Source of the DNA: an uncultured Spirochaetota bacterium
GTDB taxonomy: Bacteria; Spirochaetota; Spirochaetia; SZUA-6; Fen-1364
Direction of reading: 5' to 3'
NCBI GenBank assembly: GCA_963845535.1
Contig: CAWJSK010000013.1
Coordinates: forward strand, 64,001-128,000
Length of the DNA stretch: 64,000 nucleotides
The notes under the pieces were generated by a model. The model saw nothing but the letters and a program-made list of their open reading frames with translations. It was not told the DNA's origin and did not search any database. Numbering within the stretch: the stretch's first letter is position 1; each line of letters starts with the position of its first letter. The translations under genes and the position numbers were made by a program. Below, piece after piece: positions 9,618 to 18,642 of the stretch.

Positions 9618-10457
9618 ATGATCAGGCATTCATTTTGTCACATCAAGGGAATCAGCCTCAAGACGGAGCACGCCCTGTGGGAGGCGGGTCTTCTGGGATG
9701 GGAAGACATTGACAGGGAGCGCCCTGATTGGCTGAGTCCAAGCCGATATGCTTTGTTGCGCAAAGGTGTAGTGAAATCTCGTCAAAAGCTGGCGGAAGGG
9801 GATGCTCGGTATTTCCAGGACCTCTTGCCGAGCCGCGAGCACTGGCGATTGTTTGGCGCCTTCAGGAACAGCACAGCCTTTTTTGACATCGAGACCACCG
9901 GCCTGCAACCCGACTGGGACAACATAACGACAATTGCACTCTATAATGGAAAATGTATAAAGACATTTGTCAATGGAAGGAATCTCGATTGCTTCTGCCA
10001 GGAGGTGTCCAAGTACAATCAGATCGTCACCTACAACGGCAAGTGCTTCGATGTACCGTTCATCCGCCGAAAGCTGAACGCTCGGATTGATCACGCACAT
10101 CTTGACCTGCGGTATTTGCTCAACCGTCTTGGCTACAAAGGCGGACTGAAGGGATGTGAGAAAACACTCGGAGTCACAAGGCGGGGTGTTGAGGACGTCA
10201 ACGGCTTCATGGCCGTTCTTCTTTGGGAAGAGTACAACAAAGGCAATGACAAGGCGCTGGAAACTCTTCTGGCGTACAACGTCGCGGATGCGGTCAACCT
10301 CGAGATACTCTCGGTCAAAGCGTACAATATGTACCTGAAGCATACGCCGTTCAGCAATACTCTCCGACTTGAGCCACCGGCAGTGCCAAAAGTTCCCTAC
10401 CATCCAGACGTAGGAATTATCAAGAGACTGCAACCTTCGCTTTCTTCCTGGTGCTGA
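9618..10457 (+). CDS. RNase H-like (YprB/RNase_H_2-type) DEDD exonuclease with N-terminal HhH-like segment
   Basis: FFDIETTGL, VTYNGKCFDVPFI, HLDLRY, GGLKGCE, LAYNVADAVNL. Confidence 0.85.
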   Translation: MIRHSFCHIKGISLKTEHALWEAGLLGWEDIDRERPDWLSPSRYALLRKGVVKSRQKLAEGDARYFQDLLPSREHWRLFGAFRNSTAFFDIETTGLQPDWDNITTIALYNGKCIKTFVNGRNLDCFCQEVSKYNQIVTYNGKCFDVPFIRRKLNARIDHAHLDLRYLLNRLGYKGGLKGCEKTLGVTRRGVEDVNGFMAVLLWEEYNKGNDKALETLLAYNVADAVNLEILSVKAYNMYLKHTPFSNTLRLEPPAVPKVPYHPDVGIIKRLQPSLSSWC

Positions 10458-10471
10458 GGGCAGAGAAGAGC

Positions 10472-10753
10472 ATGAACAAACGGGGAGCGTCGGGAAGTCT
10501 GAGAGGGGAGGCGCTGCGCAGGGAAGTGTGCCGCCGTATCCGGCTGGCCCGCGCGTACTGGGACGCGCACAGGAATGCCGCATGCCGCGCGGAGCGCCAG
10601 CGGGCTCTCCAACTTTATGACACTCTTACGAAAGAGGAAAAAGAGAAAATCCCCCAGGTTCTGCGCGTATGGTTGCGGTATCGCAGCGAGAAATACTTTG
10701 GCGAAGAGCGGACGCCTCCCGGCGGGGGCGGCGGCGGCGGGCGGCAATCTTGA
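10472..10753 (+). CDS. Small basic conserved hypothetical protein
   Basis: RIRLARAYWDAHRNAACRAER...IPQVLRVWLRYRSEKYFG resembles small uncharacterised proteins I recall. Function unknown. Confidence 0.6.
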   Translation: MNKRGASGSLRGEALRREVCRRIRLARAYWDAHRNAACRAERQRALQLYDTLTKEEKEKIPQVLRVWLRYRSEKYFGEERTPPGGGGGGGRQS

Positions 10754-10780
10754 CCACCGCGGGCTATCCTGGCGTTTTTC

Positions 10781-11211
10781 TCATTTTTCCAGGGGGTGGC
10801 GCCAACGAAGGCCGGGGAATCGCGCGTAGTCCCTGTCCGTACTGATCCATTCACTTCCTGACTCAATGGCGAGCGCGGCGAGATACGCATCCGAGACAAG
10901 GTTGCCCCGCGCGCCGCAAGTATCACAAAGCTCCCGGAAGAGCTCCATTGGCGGGGCCCTTGGGAAATCACCACCGCATGTCTGTCTTCCCGAATCTGGC
11001 TCACGAACGCCATTGCCATTCGGGCGGGGCTTGGCGGATCGAAAATACGCACATGGGTGAGGATCCGAAGACACCCGCTCAACACAAGGTCCGAAACGCC
11101 ATATGCCGACCCGCTCCGCATGATCCCTTCCAGCCACGCCTTGTACTCATCATGCCGATCACATTCTTCCCGATGGGCGTAAATGAGAACGTTGACGTCA
11201 CAGAGAATCAT
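10781..11211 (-). pseudogene. vapC: VapC PIN toxin (mycobacterial VapC-like) with a 1-bp frameshift near 10945; possibly a sequencing error
   Basis: MILCDVNVLIYAHR...GPRQW in one frame continues as ELFRELC...GNLVSDAYLAALAIE...STDRDYARFPGLRWRHP in another. One extra G (TGG[G]AG) restores a full-length protein. Confidence 0.85.
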
Positions 11212-11453
11212 CGAGTGCCGTCGATGAGGTCGAGCAGCTCACTCGTGTTGTCGAGGTTCACGCCACGCTGGACACCCTTTCCCTTGAAGGTAGCAAGCGG
11301 CCGAGGCGCACCGCCGGCCACCTCTGACTTGCGCAGCGCGAGCGCGGTCCGGATAGCGTCTTCCACGAGATCCTTGAGAGTGCGGTTGCTTTCCGCGGCT
11401 ATCCGTTTCAACTCGACAAGCAGATCATCTTGGATGTCAATTGTTGTCCTCAC
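11208..11453 (-). CDS. vapB: VapB ribbon-helix-helix antitoxin
   Basis: (V)RTTIDIQDDLLVELKRIAAESNRTLKDLVEDAIR...GVNLDNTSELLD. Overlaps the toxin start (ATGA). Confidence 0.85.
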   Translation of the reverse strand: MRTTIDIQDDLLVELKRIAAESNRTLKDLVEDAIRTALALRKSEVAGGAPRPLATFKGKGVQRGVNLDNTSELLDLIDGTR

Positions 11454-11535
11454 GCATAAAAACATAAAGGCCTCAGGGCTGACGATTGTCGGGTGAGGCA
11501 TGTTGAGCCCGTTCGGCGGCCCGCCGTGCGACGGG

Positions 11536-12657
11536 CTACCCCTCGAAGGCCTCCACGATTCTTCGGATTTCAGCGCTCGCTCTCTCATCCTGGGCCCGGC
11601 CTTTCAGGCCGTTCACCAGGCTGATGATCTCTTCCTGGGCCGAGTCTCGTCGAACGGCGAATTGGCGGTCGCGCAACGCCGCGCGCGCAGGCTGTTTCGA
11701 GGCCGCCCGGCGGCGCTTCCAGTATGCCGGAGCGGCAGGAGAGCCCTCCTGGTAGTCGTAGTCCTTCCACAACGGGCAGAAGGACCCGTTCTCCAACACG
11801 GCGGGTCGATACAGGGAGAGGCACGGCACGGGTCCGGCAGTGAACCAGATCACAGCCTGGCGCTCCGCGGCGCGCAGCTCAACTGCCAGGGAGGCGGTGG
11901 TTGCGTTGTTGACGAGGCCTCCGCCGTGCATGCATACGCTCCTCATCCGATTTACGCCACTGGAGTGGGAGCGCAGGGCGGCAAAAATCGTCTGAACTGT
12001 TTGCCCTTGCGTTGCCGCCGCGCTGATCCGTGACAGCGAGCACGCCCTGCGGAAGTCTCCTTGCGTGACCAAAGCGTACGGGCGGCTGCTCACACGCCGC
12101 TTCCAGGAATAGCCGGGCTTTCTCTCCAGAGCAGTGACCGCGTCTGACCGCTCGAAATCGTTGGTAAGGGAGTAGGAGTTGGAGATGGCCACCGGAGCGC
12201 TCACGCGGCGGGCCGCCCACCGGTGCCCCGCAGTTTCGATTACCCAGGCATCCGCGAAATCCGCCACCAGATAGCTGTTATCATAGAAGAGACTGCCCTT
12301 ATACGCTCCGTTGCCGCCTTGCGAATGCGTTTCTGTGAAATGGGCGATGAAATCAACGGCCTCCGTTGCGGTTGCCGCCTCCTCCAGGGCAAGGCGGAGG
12401 ATATCCATTCCCAGCACGCCGTCACGGGCCGGCTTCCAGCGGGAGAACACCGCTTCATTTCCGATCACGACGCCGCGGGCGTTGATTCCCATCTCAGCGC
12501 CGCGCATCCACACGGGACGGGAGAGCAGGGACGGCCAGCGTGGTCCGGAGGCAAGCGTCATGACCTGCGGCTCATCGGGATTGCGATCAGAGTTTTTGCC
12601 GAAGAATGCCAGGCCGTCTGACGCGGCGCTGGAAGGCACGAAAAGGGTGTCGCACAT
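11536..12657 (-). CDS. Peptidase family C69 (secernin/dipeptidase-like Ntn hydrolase)
   Basis: N-terminal MCDT nucleophile, FGKNSDR..EPQ, GAEMGIN..GVVIGNEAV, GMDILRLALE. Confidence 0.85.
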   Translation of the reverse strand: MCDTLFVPSSAASDGLAFFGKNSDRNPDEPQVMTLASGPRWPSLLSRPVWMRGAEMGINARGVVIGNEAVFSRWKPARDGVLGMDILRLALEEAATATEAVDFIAHFTETHSQGGNGAYKGSLFYDNSYLVADFADAWVIETAGHRWAARRVSAPVAISNSYSLTNDFERSDAVTALERKPGYSWKRRVSSRPYALVTQGDFRRACSLSRISAAATQGQTVQTIFAALRSHSSGVNRMRSVCMHGGGLVNNATTASLAVELRAAERQAVIWFTAGPVPCLSLYRPAVLENGSFCPLWKDYDYQEGSPAAPAYWKRRRAASKQPARAALRDRQFAVRRDSAQEEIISLVNGLKGRAQDERASAEIRRIVEAFEG

Positions 12658-12688
12658 GGCGCCATCATAGGGCCGCAGCCGCGCGGCC

Positions 12689-12718
12689 GCAAGGTTGCAA
12701 GGTTGCAAGGTTGCAAGG
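12689..12718. repeat. 8-bp tandem repeat (GCAAGGTT) x3.75 in the C69 peptidase promoter
   Basis: GCAAGGTT at 12689, 12697 and 12705, plus GCAAGG at 12713. Confidence 0.9.
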
Positions 12719-12731
12719 CGCCTGCGAGGTA

Positions 12732-13655
12732 TTACCAGCGATATCTCAAGAGCGCTGAAAGGTTTCGCGCCAGCTTTTGTTCCTGGCCTCCGAGCTCCAG
12801 AAGCCGCACAACCTCCGCGGCCTCCGGAGGAAGCGCATCCGCTGGTGTTCCTTCCAGAAGAGCCTGGCTGGTCTTTCGATCGAAGACAAAGCGACGTTCC
12901 ACGGCGGCGCGATGCTTTGCATTTTCCGGGCATGCCTCCTGACAGCGGAGGCATCCTATGGCCGCCGTATGGGCACCCGCAGGCAGCCAATCCGGGAAGT
13001 CTCCTGCGCCTTCGTTGAGGAAAGTCAGGCAGCGCGGGGCATCGACACCAAAAGCGCCATCACGGAAGCAGCCATTCGGGCAGGCGCGAATGCAGGCGCC
13101 GCAGTGAGCGCAGCGCGGAAGGATCTGCGGCGGCCCCCAGTTTCGTTCTCCAAGGTCGGCGTCTATCCACCAGGCATCAAGCCGCGCGTAGCTCCCCATG
13201 CCCTGGACCCGCAGCACATTGTCCCTGCCGTACGCGCCGAGTCCCGCGCACGCCGCGAGCGTCTTGAGCGGAAGCAGCGCTGGTTCGGTAAGCCGCCCGA
13301 GCGGTCCCAACACCGCTCCCAGAAGCTCGTTATTCTTTGCCGTGATTCGATCAGAGAGGTATGTCGATGGGATTGTCGCTTCAACCGCGCCGCCGGGAAG
13401 GTCCAGGGCGATGACGGACCTTTGATGAGGCGTGGCGACAACCAGAAGGGAAGCATCCTGACCAAAGGGAGCGGGCGGCCCGAACTTCATTCCTCCGAAG
13501 TACGCCGCATGCACTCGCTGATCCATCCGCCCTTCTCGAAGGAGCGTCTCGATTCTCTCCCTGACCTCTCCCGCCCGGACCGCGCGACACGCGGCAATGC
13601 GCCTTCCTTCCGACTGGAAAAGGTTCGTAAGCGCCTCGAATATCGAGCTCGCCAT
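12732..13655 (-). CDS. QueG/reductive-dehalogenase-like 4Fe-4S double-cluster protein
   Basis: LKTLAACAGLGAYGRDN, CAHCGACIRACP, RCLT, GCLRCQEACP. Confidence 0.75.
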   Translation of the reverse strand: MASSIFEALTNLFQSEGRRIAACRAVRAGEVRERIETLLREGRMDQRVHAAYFGGMKFGPPAPFGQDASLLVVATPHQRSVIALDLPGGAVEATIPSTYLSDRITAKNNELLGAVLGPLGRLTEPALLPLKTLAACAGLGAYGRDNVLRVQGMGSYARLDAWWIDADLGERNWGPPQILPRCAHCGACIRACPNGCFRDGAFGVDAPRCLTFLNEGAGDFPDWLPAGAHTAAIGCLRCQEACPENAKHRAAVERRFVFDRKTSQALLEGTPADALPPEAAEVVRLLELGGQEQKLARNLSALLRYRW

Positions 13656-13670
13656 GCTGCTTTCCCCTCT

Positions 13671-14060
13671 TCAGATTACGCGCAAGCGTTCGGCGGTCTT
13701 TCTGTAGTTGACGGTCTCCGTCTCGAAATCCAGAGTGATGTGCCATGCCTGCATTGTCTTTGCTCCGACGATCACCCCTTCCGTGCATGTGTCGAAGACG
13801 ATGAACTCATCACTGAACCGGGCTTTGCTGTCATCAAAACGGAAGTCCAGCGCGACTCGGTAACGGGCCTGGATCAACTGCCCCGCCAGCGCAGTCTCGA
13901 AAACCCAGTCTTCAGGGTCCGGCAATCGGTCCAGAAGGGATATCTCTTCTGCGATATCCCGCCGGATGATCGAATATGTGGCTCCTGAGTCGAAAAGCGC
14001 ACGGCAGCTCGCTTTTCCCCTGGATCCGACCAAAGTAACGTCATGCTCCAGTACACTCAC
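13671..14060 (-). CDS. Retropepsin-like (clan AA) aspartic protease
   Basis: ALFDSGATYSII catalytic motif and VIVGAKTMQ psi-loop. GTG start after AGGAGAG. Confidence 0.8.
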   Translation of the reverse strand: MSVLEHDVTLVGSRGKASCRALFDSGATYSIIRRDIAEEISLLDRLPDPEDWVFETALAGQLIQARYRVALDFRFDDSKARFSDEFIVFDTCTEGVIVGAKTMQAWHITLDFETETVNYRKTAERLRVI

Positions 14061-14204
14061 TGCACTCTCCTGCCTTGGAATACTGGGCACTTTGAAATGC
14101 TGCTTCACGTCTTCATGGTTGCATCGGCAAACAATGGAGTCAAGAGCGGGTGTGACTGGCGTGACGGGGCCACGCGGTTTTCATCGACGCCAGGATGTTG
14201 CACT

Positions 14205-14274
14205 GCGTAAGCCTATGAAAAACGCGAGAAGTGCATAGTTTCTTTACACTTTCTGCGGTTTTTATAGGTTTCGC
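14205..14274. repeat. ~70-bp imperfect inverted repeat (long hairpin)
   Basis: GCGTAAGCCTATGAAAAACGCGAGAAGTGCATAG versus the reverse complement of the right arm, GCGAAACCTATAAAAACCGCAGAAAGTGTAAAG. Confidence 0.75.
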
Positions 14275-14382
14275 GATCCTCTCCTGGATTTCCGAGCTGA
14301 TAGCTTGCGGACTTACGTGCCCCGGTGCCTTGGCGCCTTGACTGCCTATGTCTATCTTTAGGCTCATCGGGAGGCACCAGAA

Positions 14383-14787
14383 ATGACAGTTCCTACAAAT
14401 TTCCTTGCCGTTGTTGTGGCGGCCCTTGCGAGCTTCGGTCTTGGCGCGTTGTGGTATGCGGTGCTGTTCGGGAAGACGTGGCAGAGGCTTTCAGGCACGA
14501 CGGAAGTCAAGCAAACAGCGGTCAGCCTCATTGTGGTCTTCGTTGGCTCCCTGTTCATGAGCTTCGTCCTGCATCACGCCATCATCTTCGCCAACACGTT
14601 TCTCAAGACCAGCGGTGTTGGCGGCGGGCTGATGGTCGGGTTTTTCAACTGGATCGGCTTCATTGCCCCAGTCACAATTGGAGTCGTGACCTACCAGAAG
14701 AGGCCTTTTGCGCTGTGGCTTTTGGACAACGCCTACTGGCTAATCTCCCTTCTCGTAATGGGAATCATCCTCTCCGTCTGGCAGTAG
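14383..14787 (+). CDS. DUF1761 family membrane protein
   Basis: NFLAVVVAALASFGLGALWY..LFGKTW and four hydrophobic helices. GGAGG RBS. Confidence 0.8.
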   Translation: MTVPTNFLAVVVAALASFGLGALWYAVLFGKTWQRLSGTTEVKQTAVSLIVVFVGSLFMSFVLHHAIIFANTFLKTSGVGGGLMVGFFNWIGFIAPVTIGVVTYQKRPFALWLLDNAYWLISLLVMGIILSVWQ

Positions 14788-14854
14788 AGGCGGCCGCCGG
14801 CGATCATCTGCGGGGCATTTGTGAGTGACGGCGTGGTGCGATACACTTGTCTGC

Positions 14855-15253
14855 ATGGAACCCGAAGTCGATTTGCCGTCGGACGCATACCTGGAGGTCA
14901 CGAAGAAAGAGGGGGAGGCTTTTCGCTTCCCCATCACAAAAAAGACCGTGACCATTGGCAGAGACCCCGCCTGCGACCTGCATCTGGATGACCCCTATGT
15001 TTCGCGCAAGCACTGTCAGATCGTGTTCCGGGGTGAGCACTTTACCGTGATCGACCTGCAATCCCTGAACAAAACCGTAGTCAAAGGAAAGCAATACATC
15101 CAGAAGAACCTCATGCCGGGCAACGTGATCGATCTCGGGGCAACGAAGCTGCGGTTCGAGTGGCCTACGCACCTGGAGTGGCGTCGCGCCCACGGGCTAT
15201 CTGAGGAAATATCTTCGGACACGGACCTCCCGGAAAAACCGGAAATGCAATAG
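14855..15253 (+). CDS. Stand-alone FHA domain protein
   Basis: TIGRDPACDLHLDDPYVSRKHCQI...DLQSLNKTVV...GNVIDLG. Confidence 0.88.
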   Translation: MEPEVDLPSDAYLEVTKKEGEAFRFPITKKTVTIGRDPACDLHLDDPYVSRKHCQIVFRGEHFTVIDLQSLNKTVVKGKQYIQKNLMPGNVIDLGATKLRFEWPTHLEWRRAHGLSEEISSDTDLPEKPEMQ

Positions 15254-15283
15254 CGCGTTAAGCTTTCTTGTAAGGAGACGACG

Positions 15284-15598
15284 ATGGCTGATTACACTTT
15301 CGATGGAAGGCGCCTGGTGAAGAAGAGCTCGGGCCAGAAGCTTGCCGAAGTCGACAGGGACACCTTACGGTCCTACAACGGCGCTGTATTTGGCCAGATC
15401 GAAGGCAAGAACCTTCGGGACTCGCACGGGAAAAAAGTGGCGGAGTTCAACGGCAAGGAAGTCAAGGACGACAGGGGCAAGAAGATCATCAGCATCAAGG
15501 AGATACAGGAGGTCGTCGAGGGCGACCCGGGAATCTCCATGGTGGCACTGTGGTACTTCTTCGTGAAAGGTCGCCATGATCACGCCGGAGTACTTTGA
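15284..15598 (+). CDS. Small hypothetical protein with short beta-hairpin repeats
   Basis: Repeats of (L/V)(R/K)(D/S)xxGxxxxxxxGxx. AGGAG RBS. Confidence 0.65.
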   Translation: MADYTFDGRRLVKKSSGQKLAEVDRDTLRSYNGAVFGQIEGKNLRDSHGKKVAEFNGKEVKDDRGKKIISIKEIQEVVEGDPGISMVALWYFFVKGRHDHAGVL

Positions 15599-15642
15599 CT
15601 GACAAGGACCTTCCTGGCTTCGTTGACACGTAGTTCGCGCGC

Positions 15643-16872
15643 GTGACAGTCTTGTCAGCGCAGTCCAGGGAGGACGAGGTTTTGGAAGGGGAGCAAAGAC
15701 TTTCAACGGGGCCTGCGCGCGACCTGCGGGAACGCATGCTGACAAGGCTCCTGCAGGTGGTTGCGATCGTCGGGATCATCGCTTATCTGCCGAGCGCCTA
15801 TCTTTCGATCAAGCAGCATGTCTGGCTCGTCCTGGCGGTGGATACGGCGGCGTTCTTGTATGCAATCTGCCTGGCGATTTTCAAGCAGCTCCCGTTTCGC
15901 CTGAGGCTGCTCTCCCTGATCTTCATCGCATATGTCCTCGGTGTCGTCCTGATCATTTTCACCGGCCCTTTCGGAGCCGGGCACCTGTTCATCTTTGCTT
16001 TCGTATTCCTGGTCTCCCTGTTTGGCGGCATCCGGGAAATCGTCCTTGCCAACGCACTGGCCATCCTCACGCACGTCGGATTCACGGCGGCTTCGGCGCT
16101 TCACCTCGTTCCCTGGCCGCAAGGGCCGGAGTCCGTGGTGGTCATTTCGGCGAACTTCATCCTCGTGAGCTTGATCCTCTCGTACTCCGCCAACTACCTC
16201 CTTCGGGGATATGCCTCCAGCGCCTCCGAGGAAAAACGGCTTCGAGAAGCGCTGGAGATGATGCTGAGAGAGATCGAGCACAGGGTGAAGAACAATCTGC
16301 AGGTCATTTCGAGCCTCGTCAGCCTGCGGGGCGGACCGGGGGACGACCCTGCCCGCGCGTTGCAGGATATCAAGGAGACGATTTCCGCCATCTCCGTGGT
16401 GCACCAGCTTCTGTACAGGCGCAGCGCATTCTACCTGGTCGAGCTGAACGCGCTCCTGGACTCCCTGACGCAGCGCTTTCGCAGCCTGGACCGGAGAATC
16501 GACTTCTCCCTCGAATGGAATGGCGCGAAAGCGGAAATCGACGGCGACCGCGCCATCAGCATCGGGCTCCTGATCAATGAGATCGTCATGAACTCCATGA
16601 AGCACGCGTTCCCCCACAGGGAGGAGGGACGCGTCTCGGTCAAAGTGGATTTTGACGCTGGGAACCGCACCATGGAGCTGTCCATCGGGGATGACGGCAG
16701 CGGCATGGCGGAAGAAGCGGCGGTGAAAGAGAAAAACGGAATGAAGATCATCCGCGCCCTGGCCCGGCAGCTTGATGCGAACATGGAGATGACGCGCGCT
16801 CCCGGCGTGACCTATCGGTTTCGGATGAAGATTGATCAACCGGAGGCCCAGCTCGCGGGGGCGCAAGCGTAG
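15643..16872 (+). CDS. Membrane sensor histidine kinase (HisKA_2 type)
   Basis: Multi-TM N-terminus, EIEHRVKNNLQVISSL H-box, NEIVMNSMKHAF N-box, DDGSG. Start position uncertain. Confidence 0.88.
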   Translation: MTVLSAQSREDEVLEGEQRLSTGPARDLRERMLTRLLQVVAIVGIIAYLPSAYLSIKQHVWLVLAVDTAAFLYAICLAIFKQLPFRLRLLSLIFIAYVLGVVLIIFTGPFGAGHLFIFAFVFLVSLFGGIREIVLANALAILTHVGFTAASALHLVPWPQGPESVVVISANFILVSLILSYSANYLLRGYASSASEEKRLREALEMMLREIEHRVKNNLQVISSLVSLRGGPGDDPARALQDIKETISAISVVHQLLYRRSAFYLVELNALLDSLTQRFRSLDRRIDFSLEWNGAKAEIDGDRAISIGLLINEIVMNSMKHAFPHREEGRVSVKVDFDAGNRTMELSIGDDGSGMAEEAAVKEKNGMKIIRALARQLDANMEMTRAPGVTYRFRMKIDQPEAQLAGAQA

Positions 16873-16945
16873 CTGGCGGGAGGAGAAGCGCAGACGGTAT
16901 TGCCCGCCCCGGAAGCAGGGGGCTTTGCGGCCCTTCTTTCATTGG

Positions 16946-17689
16946 GTGGCCTCTCAAGAGAAAGCTGGTCTTCCTATACGACAATGGATCCAGGAAGAGC
17001 AACCTCGATCCCTCCTTCAGTCGGTTGGCGCCGAAGCGCTTACTCCCGCAAAGCTTCTTGCAATCATCCTGCGGACGGGGACGCCGGGCGTGAGCGCGGA
17101 GGAATTGTCGCGGCGGCTGCTGAACCGCTACAAAGGGCTGCGAGGAATGGACACCGCGTCCATTGAGGAGTTGTGCGCCTTTGTCGGAATCGGCCGCGCC
17201 AAGGCTTCCCAGCTCAAAGCGGCCTTCGAGATCGGGAAAAGGCTCTGCCGAGAAAGAGCGAGAATGCGCGAACATATCGAAACCGCGCGCCAGGCGGCTG
17301 AGTACGCGGCTTCCTACTACGGCCCCTCCCTGCGGGACGCCCGGCATGAAGCGCTTTGCGCCATCTTCCTGGACGGAGGGGGCACCCCCCTTCGCTCAGC
17401 GGAGCTCTGTCGGGGCGGGTCACATTCCGTGGCTGCGGATCCCCATCAGATTGTCAGGCAAGCAATCATGCTGCGCGCGCTCTCAGTCATTCTTGTTCAT
17501 AATCATCCCTGCGGCCGCTCGGAACCCTCAGCGGATGACATCTCCTTTACCGATGCGGTGAATGACGCCTGTACGTTGTTCGGTATTCGCCTTTTGGACC
17601 ACCTCATAATCGGCAGGAACAAGAAAAACCAATTCAGTTTTGCAAAAGCAGGCTTGATCTACACCGCTCCAAGGTCGTCACCTGAATGA
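16946..17689 (+). CDS. radC: RadC/UPF0758 JAB-domain protein
   Basis: PRSLL...LLAIILRTG, GIGRAKA HhH, HNHPCGRSEPSADD, LLDHLIIG. Confidence 0.88.
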   Translation: MASQEKAGLPIRQWIQEEQPRSLLQSVGAEALTPAKLLAIILRTGTPGVSAEELSRRLLNRYKGLRGMDTASIEELCAFVGIGRAKASQLKAAFEIGKRLCRERARMREHIETARQAAEYAASYYGPSLRDARHEALCAIFLDGGGTPLRSAELCRGGSHSVAADPHQIVRQAIMLRALSVILVHNHPCGRSEPSADDISFTDAVNDACTLFGIRLLDHLIIGRNKKNQFSFAKAGLIYTAPRSSPE

Positions 17690-18048
17690 GGAGCCCTGCC
17701 GTCCCGCAGAAATCTCTCGAGCGCCTTGGCCAGGTCCTCGAAAGAAAATGGCTTTTGCAGCCAGAGGTCGACCGCTGAAGGTTTCTCAAGGGACTGAAAC
17801 CGCCCAGACATAAGCACAAGCACGGTGTCAGCGGACGCGCTCCGCACAATTGCTGCCAGTTCGCAGCCGTTCATCCCCGGCAGGTCATAGTCGGAAACGA
17901 TCAGGTCATACCGCTTCTGGTTCGCCATGGCAAGCGCCTCCTCCGCGCTGGCCGCTGATTCATGATCGCAATCCAGACTATCGAAGAAGCGCGAGATGAT
18001 ATAGCGGATGCCTGGTTCGTCATCTACAATAAGGACTTTCTTTCTCAC
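17659..18048 (-). CDS. Single-domain response regulator (receiver)
   Basis: KVLIVDDE, DLIVSDYDLPGMNG, LMSG, LQKPF. Confidence 0.88.
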   Translation of the reverse strand: MRKKVLIVDDEPGIRYIISRFFDSLDCDHESAASAEEALAMANQKRYDLIVSDYDLPGMNGCELAAIVRSASADTVLVLMSGRFQSLEKPSAVDLWLQKPFSFEDLAKALERFLRDGRAPHSGDDLGAV

Positions 18049-18165
18049 CGAAGAACTCTCACAAAGTAGTATACAACTCTGGGTGGCATATAGCAAACAG
18101 AAATACAACCAAGAGTTGGTAGATGAGCGTGCGGAAAATGGATAGGTTGGCCGGCAGAGATCGCA

Positions 18166-18555
18166 GTGCAATCTGTTAGAATCGGCCACAGGATAAAGTA
18201 TTACCGTCAGCGCCAGGGGATCACTCAGATGGAGCTGGCGGAACGCATAGGAGTCTCCTATCAACAAGTCCAGAAGTATGAAAATGATCGCAGTCAAATT
18301 ACGCTCCAACGCCTCTATGGCATAGCGGATGCTCTTGAAACGAGCGTGCTTTCTCTCTTGGCAGAAGGAGGCGCTGGCCGCGTGTCCGAGAAACAAAGCG
18401 CATACACGCCCCAAGGCGGTCGAGTGGGCAAGACGTCTCGCGAGCAACAACTCCTGCTCCAGCTTTTTTCCAGGATCAGCAATCCCAAGCTCCGGCGCTG
18501 CATTCTGGGGCTGCTGGAAAGTATCGCAGAACAGCGCGCGGGACGAAGGGCGTGA
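18166..18555 (+). CDS. XRE family helix-turn-helix regulator
   Basis: IGHRIKYYRQRQGITQMELAERIGVSYQQVQKYE. Confidence 0.88.
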   Translation: MQSVRIGHRIKYYRQRQGITQMELAERIGVSYQQVQKYENDRSQITLQRLYGIADALETSVLSLLAEGGAGRVSEKQSAYTPQGGRVGKTSREQQLLLQLFSRISNPKLRRCILGLLESIAEQRAGRRA

Positions 18556-18642
18556 TACCTCCCGCGGGCGCGCGGGTAGGTGCGGTCAGCCCCGGTTCTC
18601 AGCTCCGCTCGCAGGGACCCGAGTGCCAGGAGAGTGTCCGCA

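Noticed and set aside
12689..12718. Possible CRISPR-like repeat
   Set aside because: Contiguous 8-mers with no spacers and no cas genes. I found no repeat-spacer array anywhere in the window.
12732..13655. Assignment as true queG or a reductive dehalogenase
   Set aside because: The Fe-S motifs fit the superfamily, but I cannot verify the specificity residues, so no symbol was given.
16946..18555. Prophage or ICE call from radC and XRE
   Set aside because: No integrase, replication, conjugation or virion genes, and no att repeats seen.
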